Assembly: GCF_000025685.1 (NCBI RefSeq)
Contig: NC_013964.1
Coordinates: 405,907 to 437,906, forward strand
DNA length: 32,000 nt
DNA from: Haloferax volcanii DS2
GTDB lineage: Archaea; Halobacteriota; Halobacteria; Halobacteriales; Haloferacaceae
Reading direction: 5' to 3'
Part shown: positions 26,882-32,000 of the stretch, in pieces
Position numbering within the stretch: the first letter of the stretch is position 1
Layout: each line of letters starts with the position of its first letter
Made by a program: the position numbers and the translations under genes
The notes under the pieces: generated by a model
Databases searched by the model: none
Told to the model about the DNA's origin: nothing
What the model saw: the letters and a program-made list of their open reading frames with translations, nothing else

Positions 26882-27079
26882 GAGTAAGGTGCCTGAACTG
26901 TCGCGTCAGCCCTCTTTGTTATGCGCCCGTTATGCGGGTGATTTGACCCGCTTCGGACGGCTCACAACCGCATCACGGCAGTCGTTAACGGCAAATTTCT
27001 GATAAGAATCCGACGACGGTGCAGACGTTCGCGGGTCGGAAGTCGACGAGTCGGGAGGAAGCCGTCAAAGCGGGGACTA

Positions 27080-27095
27080 CCCTCGCGTTTGTAAC
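27080..27095 (+). repeat. isolated copy of the right-edge repeat core (CCCTCGCGTTTGTAAC)
   Basis: Exact match to the 13-bp core CTCGCGTTTGTAA, plus a flanking CC on one side and a C on the other. It ends 47 nt upstream of the PNPOx-like gene ATG. Confidence 0.8.
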
Positions 27096-27141
27096 GCCGG
27101 GTCGAAGCCACCGTTTTACGCGGTGAGACCGAACTTCGACC

Positions 27142-27534
27142 ATGGCCGGTCTCTCCGAACGCGCCGCGTCGCTCGTGACGAGCGAACCGCTCATGGCGCA
27201 CCTCGCGACCAGCGTCGACGACCGCCCCCACGTCGCGCCCGTCTGGTTCGACTACGCGGCCGACCGCGGGGTAATCGAAGTGCTCACCACGGGCCGAAAG
27301 CTCGCTAACATCCGCGAGAACCCGCGCGTCGCGCTCTCCATCCAGAAGGACGAGAAGGGACAGGCGCAATGGAAGGTGACGGTTCTCGGGACGGCCACCG
27401 TCGTCACCGACGACGACGCCCTGCGAGCCGCCACGCGGCGAATCAATCGGAAGTACGGGGCCGATGAGTCGGCGTGGCCCGAAAACGAGTTGGTCCGCAT
27501 CTCGGTGGGGACCGCGACGGTCAGCGAGTACTGA
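27142..27534 (+). CDS. pyridoxamine 5'-phosphate oxidase-like (FMN/F420-binding split-barrel) protein
   Basis: 130 aa. The pattern LMAHLATSVDDRPHVAPVWFDY...IEVLTTGRKLANIRENPRVALSI is typical of the PNPOx-like family. Confidence 0.85.
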   Translation: MAGLSERAASLVTSEPLMAHLATSVDDRPHVAPVWFDYAADRGVIEVLTTGRKLANIRENPRVALSIQKDEKGQAQWKVTVLGTATVVTDDDALRAATRRINRKYGADESAWPENELVRISVGTATVSEY

Positions 27535-27626
27535 AGTCGTCCAGTCGGCCGACGGTGCGTCAGTTTGGCGACGGCGCGTCAGTTTGGCGACGGCGTCTCA
27601 GTCGGACGACGGCGCGTCAGTTTGGC
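27535..27626. repeat. tandem 19-bp direct repeat, 4 full units plus one degenerate unit
   Basis: The units are GACGGTGCGTCAGTTTGGC (27551), GACGGCGCGTCAGTTTGGC (27570), GACGGCGTCTCAGTCGGAC (27589) and GACGGCGCGTCAGTTTGGC (27608). They are preceded by the degenerate GTCGTCCAGTCGGCC. The array spans the convergent junction and contains the stop codon of the symporter gene. Confidence 0.9.
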
Positions 27627-29127
27627 CGTCGTCGAACCGCCGAATCTCCCGCGAGAGCCGCCCGAGGTCGAACCCGGCGTCCGCGAGTCGGGCGGCGACG
27701 AGCGACGCCGCCGTCGACACCACGAACGCCCCGCCGAAGGAGGTGAGATACAGCGGGTCGGCCGCGGGGAGCAGGCCGCCGACGACCGGAATCGACGTGA
27801 TGACGCCGCGGAGGTCGGGGAAGAACGCGAGGCCGACGGCGAGCCCGGTGAGACTGCTCGCGAGCGCGCCGAGGCCGGTGATTCGCGTCGAGTACAGCCC
27901 GTAGACAAGGGGGAAGGCGACGGCCGCGCCGAGCAGGTCGGCGAAGAAGAACAGCCGGAGGACGCTCTGGGCCCGGAGGCTGACGTAAATCGCAGCGGCC
28001 GCGACGACGACTGTGAGCGCTCTCGACCCGAGCGCGAGGTGGCGGTCGCTCGGTTCCGCGAGCAGGCGGGCGAGGTCGGCGGTCACGAGGCTCGAAAGCG
28101 CGTTGAACAGCGTGTCGATGGAGCTCATCACGAGCAGGAGCGCGAGGAGGACCGCCGCGAGGACGAGCCACTCGGGGAACGCCTCGCCGAGGAGGACGAA
28201 GAAGGCGGCGTCGGCGTTGTAGCCCGCGCTCGCGGGGTCGGTGACGACGGCGGCGTTACCGACCGCGACGACGCCGAAGAAGGCGGTGACGAACACGATG
28301 GCGCCGTTGGCGAGCGCCGCGGTACGGAAGCTCCGTCCGACCGTCTCCGACGAATCGGCCGCGTAGATGCGCTGCCACCACGTCTGGTTGATGAGTTCCG
28401 CGCCGAGGATGGCGAACGCGAGCGCGAGGCCGAACTGGAGGCCGGCGACCGCCCCGAGGTCGAGGAGCGCGGGGTTCGTCGCCGTGATGCCGTCGATGGC
28501 GGCGGCGGGGCCGCCGAGCGCGACGAGCGCGCCGGCGAACGCGAGCAGCAAGAGCGGGATGACGACGACCGCTTGGACCGCGTCGGTCGCGATGCTGGCC
28601 CGGAGGCCGCCGTAACTCGTGTAGAGCAGGACGAAGCCGCCGACGAGGAGCGCGGTCTGCCACTGCGGGACGCCGGCGACGAGCGAGAGCGCGCCCGCGA
28701 TGCCGGTCAGTTCGGCGGCGAGGAAGATGAACATGTAGAGCGCGCTCACGAGGAGGACGAAGGCGTACATCGCGGTCCCGTAGCGGGCGTGGGCGTACTC
28801 GGTCAGCGAGTGGCCTTCGGGGATGAGTTCCCGGATTCGCGGGCCGAGGCGGGCGTAGACGAGCATCGGGACGGCCTCGCCGACCGCGTAGCCGACGACG
28901 GCCGCGATACCGAAGCTCGCGCCCGCTTCGGGGGCCGAAAACAGCACCCAGACGCCCATGACGGACGCGACGAGCGTCGCCGTCGTCCGCCGGCTTCCCG
29001 CGGAGTCGCGGGCGCTGATGAGGTCCTCGACGGAGCCGACGCGACCCCGGGAGAACCACACGCCGACGCCGGTAAACGCGACGAGCGTCGCGACGGTTAG
29101 CCCGAGCGCGACGGTCGAACTCACCAT
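27598..29127 (-). CDS. sodium:solute symporter (SSS) family transporter
   Basis: 509 aa with about 13 TM helices. The SSS-like N-terminus reads SRGRVGSVEDLISARDS...ATLVASVMGVWVLFSAPEAG. It overlaps the upstream TenA-like gene by 7 nt. Confidence 0.85.
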   Translation of the reverse strand: MVSSTVALGLTVATLVAFTGVGVWFSRGRVGSVEDLISARDSAGSRRTTATLVASVMGVWVLFSAPEAGASFGIAAVVGYAVGEAVPMLVYARLGPRIRELIPEGHSLTEYAHARYGTAMYAFVLLVSALYMFIFLAAELTGIAGALSLVAGVPQWQTALLVGGFVLLYTSYGGLRASIATDAVQAVVVIPLLLLAFAGALVALGGPAAAIDGITATNPALLDLGAVAGLQFGLALAFAILGAELINQTWWQRIYAADSSETVGRSFRTAALANGAIVFVTAFFGVVAVGNAAVVTDPASAGYNADAAFFVLLGEAFPEWLVLAAVLLALLLVMSSIDTLFNALSSLVTADLARLLAEPSDRHLALGSRALTVVVAAAAIYVSLRAQSVLRLFFFADLLGAAVAFPLVYGLYSTRITGLGALASSLTGLAVGLAFFPDLRGVITSIPVVGGLLPAADPLYLTSFGGAFVVSTAASLVAARLADAGFDLGRLSREIRRFDDGQTDAPSSD

Positions 29128-29906
29128 CGGTCGTCACCCGGTCGGGACGAACCTCGGCCCAGTTCGTACGCCTCGTCGAAGAACGCGACCTCCAGTTCGA
29201 CCGTGCGACGGAACAGCTGTTCGAGCCGCCGTTGTCGGCGCGGCGAGGCGGCCGCACCCTCGCGGTCGAGTTCGGTTCGGAGCCACTCGACGAACGACGC
29301 GAAGTCGTCGACTGCGTGGAGGTCGACCCACTCGGAGAGGTAAAATCGAGACGGGGAGTCGTCAGCGTCGGCCGCGGCGGTCGCCCACGACAGATAGACC
29401 CACTCGGCGGGGACGAGCACCGCCAGCGTCTCGGCGTACCCGCCCTGCCCCGCGGCGCGTTCGAGGAGGTCGATGAAGGCGCGCGTCGTCGGCGTGGTTT
29501 TCGGCTCCGAGTAGACCGATTCGGGCACGTCGAGCGCGTCGAACGCCCGCAGGAAGTAGTCGTCCTCGTCGTCGGTCAGGACGCCGAGAAACGAGACGAG
29601 TTCCGACTTCGACGCCATCGTCGGCGCGGTGCCGACGGCGTGACCGAAGACGCCGACGAGCGTCTCCACGAAGGCGTAGTCCTGCACGAGATACTGCCTG
29701 AACACGTCGTCCGCGAGTTCGTCGGCGGCGAGTTCCCGCGTCAGTCGGTGCGCGGTCGCGTCGTCCCACGACTCGCCCGCGCGGTCGCGGAGCCAGTCGG
29801 TAAAGCGCGGGTCCGACCGCGACGCGGCGAACTCGTCGTACGTCTCGGGGGCCGGCTGGCTCTCACCGGGCGAGCCGACCGAGTCCGACGGGTCGCCGTC
29901 GGTCAT
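29121..29906 (-). CDS. TenA/THI-4/PqqC-family protein lacking the active-site Cys (TenA_E-like)
   Basis: The ATG at 29906 (ATGA overlap with the upstream tenA stop) gives 261 aa. Motifs are FRQYLVQDYAFVE and ELEVAFFDEAY. At the position of the catalytic Cys it reads LVPAEWVY instead of LLPCxW. Confidence 0.8.
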   Translation of the reverse strand: MTDGDPSDSVGSPGESQPAPETYDEFAASRSDPRFTDWLRDRAGESWDDATAHRLTRELAADELADDVFRQYLVQDYAFVETLVGVFGHAVGTAPTMASKSELVSFLGVLTDDEDDYFLRAFDALDVPESVYSEPKTTPTTRAFIDLLERAAGQGGYAETLAVLVPAEWVYLSWATAAADADDSPSRFYLSEWVDLHAVDDFASFVEWLRTELDREGAAASPRRQRRLEQLFRRTVELEVAFFDEAYELGRGSSRPGDDRW

Positions 29907-30568
29907 AGCGGCCACTCCTCTTGCCGCCACGCGGCGTCCCAAAACAGGTACTCGTACTGCGCCGACGTGCGGAACAGGTCGCGGTAGCGCTCGCGGTCCG
30001 ACTCGGTCGCGCTCGCGGCCACGTCGTCCATGAGCGCCTTACACCAGTCGGTGAGTTCGGTGAACTCGTCGCCGGCGTACATCTCGACCCACGCGGCGTA
30101 CTGGTCGTGGTCCGGGACACCCGCGTCCGCGAGGCGGCGTCCCGTCTCGTTGAACCCCCACATGCAGGGGAGCAAGGCGGCGACGATATCGCCGAACGAG
30201 CCGAGCGTCGCGGTGCGAACGAGGAAATCCGTGTAGGCCCGGGTCGTCGGTGACGGCGTCGTGGCTTCGAGTTCGTCGGTGTCGATGCCGAACTCGGCGG
30301 CGTAGCTCCGGTGGAGGTCCATCTCCTCGTTGACGGTCGATTCGAGGAGGCTCGCGAACGTCCCCATCGAGTCGAGCGTCGGGGCCTTCGCGGCACCGAG
30401 CGCGAAGAGACGACTGTACTCGACGAGGTAGACGTAGTCCTGCCGCACCCAGTAGCGGAACGGCTCCTCGTCGAGGCTCCCCTCCCCGAGTCGGACGACC
30501 ATCGGATGGTCGAGGATGGCCGACCAGAACTCGTCGGCCTCGTCGTGAATCGTGTCTGTGAACGCCAT
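29903..30568 (-). CDS. tenA: thiaminase II / aminopyrimidine aminohydrolase (TenA, Cys-type)
   Basis: 221 aa with FRYWVRQDYVYLVEY, AALLPCMWGFNETG (catalytic Cys context as in B. subtilis TenA) and AQYEYLFWDAAW. Confidence 0.85.
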   Translation of the reverse strand: MAFTDTIHDEADEFWSAILDHPMVVRLGEGSLDEEPFRYWVRQDYVYLVEYSRLFALGAAKAPTLDSMGTFASLLESTVNEEMDLHRSYAAEFGIDTDELEATTPSPTTRAYTDFLVRTATLGSFGDIVAALLPCMWGFNETGRRLADAGVPDHDQYAAWVEMYAGDEFTELTDWCKALMDDVAASATESDRERYRDLFRTSAQYEYLFWDAAWRQEEWPL

Positions 30569-30702
30569 AGCGAGTAATCGAAGAAGACGCTGAAAAGAAT
30601 TATGATGGGGTAGTATTCATTAGTTATTCGCGCGGGAGAGCGGCGTCTCGGACCAGCGTATCGGATGTGTTCAACGGGTTCGCCACCGTTCGACGGTTTC
30701 TA

Positions 30703-30778
30703 AGTCCGGACTGTGTTCCAAATCCGGACTGTTGTCCGGTCGACGGCCGATTAGCCGCCCGGTTGTCCAGTTGTCCGG
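30703..30778. promoter_or_regulatory. cluster of short repeats in the tenA-tbp divergent spacer
   Basis: AGTCCGGACT (a perfect 10-bp palindrome, 30703-30712) is followed by GTGTTCC. Then come TCCGGACTGTTGTCCGG (30723-30739) and GGTTGTCCAGTTGTCCGG (30761-30778). The shared elements are CCGGACTGT and GTTGTCC. Confidence 0.35.
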
Positions 30779-30807
30779 TGGTTAACGGGGAGAAACGACC
30801 CCGGTAG

Positions 30808-30814
30808 TTTAAGG
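30808..30814 (+). promoter_or_regulatory. TATA-like box (TTTAAGG) for tbp
   Basis: It lies 27-33 nt upstream of the tbp ATG, a spacing typical of leaderless haloarchaeal transcripts. Confidence 0.35.
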
Positions 30815-30840
30815 CGAATGAGTGTCAACTATTTCACAAG

Positions 30841-31407
30841 ATGTCGCAGGTGAACGCCATCGGGTCCATCGAGATTCAGAACGTCGTCGCTTCGACGGAA
30901 GTTCCGGTCGAGCTCGACCTCGAACGACTCTCGCTCGACATGAACGGGACCGATTACGACCCCGAGAACTTCCCCGGACTCGTGTATCGGACTCGGAATC
31001 CCAAGTCGGCGTGTCTCGTCTTCCGGTCGGGCAAAGTCGTCTGCACCGGCGCGGACAGCGTCGACGACGTGAGTACGGCCATCGAAACGCTGTTCGACGA
31101 GTTCACCGAACTCGGAATCCCGATTCCCGACGACCCGGATATCACCGTCCAAAACATCGTTTCGAGCGCCGACCTCGGGGCGGCGCTCAACCTGAACGCG
31201 TTGGCTATCGGCCTCGGTCTCGAAGCCGTCGAGTACGAACCCGAGCAGTTCCCCGGACTCGTCTACCGCCTCGACGAACCGAGCGTCGTCGTCCTCATGT
31301 TCGGGAGCGGGAAAATCGTGATTACGGGGGTGAAGCGGGTTGGCGACGCCGAAACAGCCCTCGAAACCGTCGACGATGACGTTCGCGAACTCGGACTACT
31401 CGGGTGA
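30841..31407 (+). CDS. tbp: TATA-box binding protein
   Basis: 188 aa with two TBP repeats: IQNVVASTEV...FPGLVYRTRNPKSACLVFRSGKVVCTG and VQNIVSSADL...FPGLVYRLDEPSVVVLMFGSGKIVITG. Confidence 0.93.
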   Translation: MSQVNAIGSIEIQNVVASTEVPVELDLERLSLDMNGTDYDPENFPGLVYRTRNPKSACLVFRSGKVVCTGADSVDDVSTAIETLFDEFTELGIPIPDDPDITVQNIVSSADLGAALNLNALAIGLGLEAVEYEPEQFPGLVYRLDEPSVVVLMFGSGKIVITGVKRVGDAETALETVDDDVRELGLLG

Positions 31408-31508
31408 GCACTCGTCGGGTACTCGGTCGGCGGTGAGCGACGGGGTGTTGTCCGACGTGTTGGCGTGGTTGGGAGGTTGTGAACTGGAAGTCGGCAGACC
31501 GGTCACGG

Positions 31509-31612
31509 ATTCGTTGTTCGTTGTTTGTTGTTGGATTTTGTGCTGCTTTGTTATTTTGTTGTTGTTATTATTTTGTTGCTGTTGTTTTATTGTTTTTTGT
31601 TGTGTTGAGTAG
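31509..31612. repeat. strand-asymmetric T/G-rich low-complexity block (GTT/TTG-type runs; almost no C or A on the top strand)
   Basis: Read directly: cgttgttcgttgtttgttgttggattttgtgctgctttgttattttgttgttgttattattttgttgctgttgttttattgttttttgttgtgttgag. It is followed by the palindrome CTAGTAG-N5-CTACTAG (31618-31636). The Cys/Phe/Leu-rich track ORFs over this block are artefacts. Confidence 0.9.
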
Positions 31613-31716
31613 TAGAACTAGTAGTCTAGCTACTAGTGATAGTGTGATGTCGAGATACCATGACTACTCTTCGAGGACCGGGTGTCACTCACGAGTAGAC
31701 CATCTGTCCTCGGGAA

Positions 31717-31796
31717 CACACACACACCCCCCTCGCGTTTGTAACGGCTACGCCAGTCCCTAGGGAGATTCGACACACCCCCCTCGCGTTTGTAAA
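31717..31796 (+). repeat. two forward ORB-like repeats: (AC)n-CCCCCC-TCGCGTTTGTAA
   Basis: Copy 1 (31717-31745) is CACACACACACCCCCCTCGCGTTTGTAAC. Copy 2 (31773-31796) is ACACACCCCCCTCGCGTTTGTAAA. Confidence 0.85.
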
Positions 31797-31857
31797 TATA
31801 GGGGCAAAATCAACCGATAATTCCTCACCCGTTGACCCACCCCCCACGCCGATTCGC

Positions 31858-31996
31858 GTTACATTCGCGAGGGTGGTGTGTCTGCACTGCCCCTTTCACC
31901 ACTCGACGTTACAAACGCGACGGTACTCCCCCGTTCGATTACAAACGCGAGGGTGGTCTCTCGGAGGCCGAGTTACAAACGCGAGTGTACCCCCCA
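31858..31996 (-). repeat. four reverse-orientation ORB-like repeats (GTTACAAACGCGAG core)
   Basis: Copy 3 (31858-31881) is GTTACATTCGCGAGGGTGGTGTGT, which is degenerate. Copy 4 (31908-31932) is GTTACAAACGCGACGGTACTCCCCC. Copy 5 (31939-31958) is TTACAAACGCGAGGGTGGTC. Copy 6 (31972-31995) is GTTACAAACGCGAGTGTACCCCCC. The array runs to the window end. Confidence 0.85.
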
Positions 31997-32000
31997 CCGA

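Larger units (their letters stand above)
31509..32000. other. candidate replication origin (DUE-like low-GC block plus inverted ORB-like repeats), truncated by the window edge
   Basis: The architecture combines the three preceding features. No orc1/cdc6 gene lies inside the window, so the call rests on motif architecture only. Confidence 0.45.

Noticed and set aside
31340-31763. Track ORFs 31340..31612 and 31479..31763 encode Cys/Phe/Leu/Val-rich peptides (CCWILCCFVILLLLLFCCCCFIVFCC...).
   Set aside because: They are a direct by-product of translating the T/G-only low-complexity block. Codon usage is unlike every real gene in the window.
31717-31996. The repeated 13-bp core with spacers could superficially suggest a CRISPR array.
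   Set aside because: The repeats are short, occur in both orientations and have irregular spacing (about 30-60 bp). No cas genes are present. The architecture fits protein-binding boxes, not a CRISPR array.

Overview
The window is high-GC, and its proteins are acidic with frequent twin-arginine signal peptides. This points to a haloarchaeon, and the gene content fits a Haloferax-like accessory replicon or megaplasmid. That assignment is from memory of the dms locus and is not verified. I can support about 32 protein-coding genes. By eye I found no rRNA, tRNA, CRISPR array or transposase.

Gene content, left to right:
- A small membrane protein, a cupin and a carbon-nitrogen hydrolase.
- A minus-strand block: Tat lipoprotein, membrane-fused spermidine-synthase-like protein, two hypothetical proteins, and a pentapeptide-repeat protein ending in a TVGYGD K+ channel pore.
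- An AAE-type transporter and a membrane GT2 with a QRRRW motif.
- A complete DMSO-reductase locus (dmsR, dmsE, dmsA, dmsB, dmsC, dmsD).
- A short molybdopterin-binding-domain protein, mobA, and a WtpA/ModA-type oxyanion ABC binding protein and permease with no ATPase gene.
- Aldehyde dehydrogenase, Spo0M-like protein, aldo-keto reductase, FemAB-like GNAT and a PNPOx-like protein.
- A minus-strand operon of two TenA paralogues plus a sodium:solute symporter.
- A TBP paralogue.

The most interesting non-coding signal is at the right edge (about 31.5-32.0 kb). A strongly strand-asymmetric T/G-rich low-GC block is followed by six copies of a 13-bp core, CTCGCGTTTGTAA. Two copies are forward and four are reverse, most flanked by C- or G-strings. 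This looks like a haloarchaeal ORB/DUE replication origin truncated by the window edge.

Other items worth a second look:
- The channel fusion and its neighbouring operon.
- The TenA(Cys)/TenA(Cys-less)/SSS module.
- A 19-bp tandem repeat that overlaps the stop codon of the symporter gene.
- A probable relic of the missing ABC ATPase.
- Several intergenic palindromes and direct repeats.
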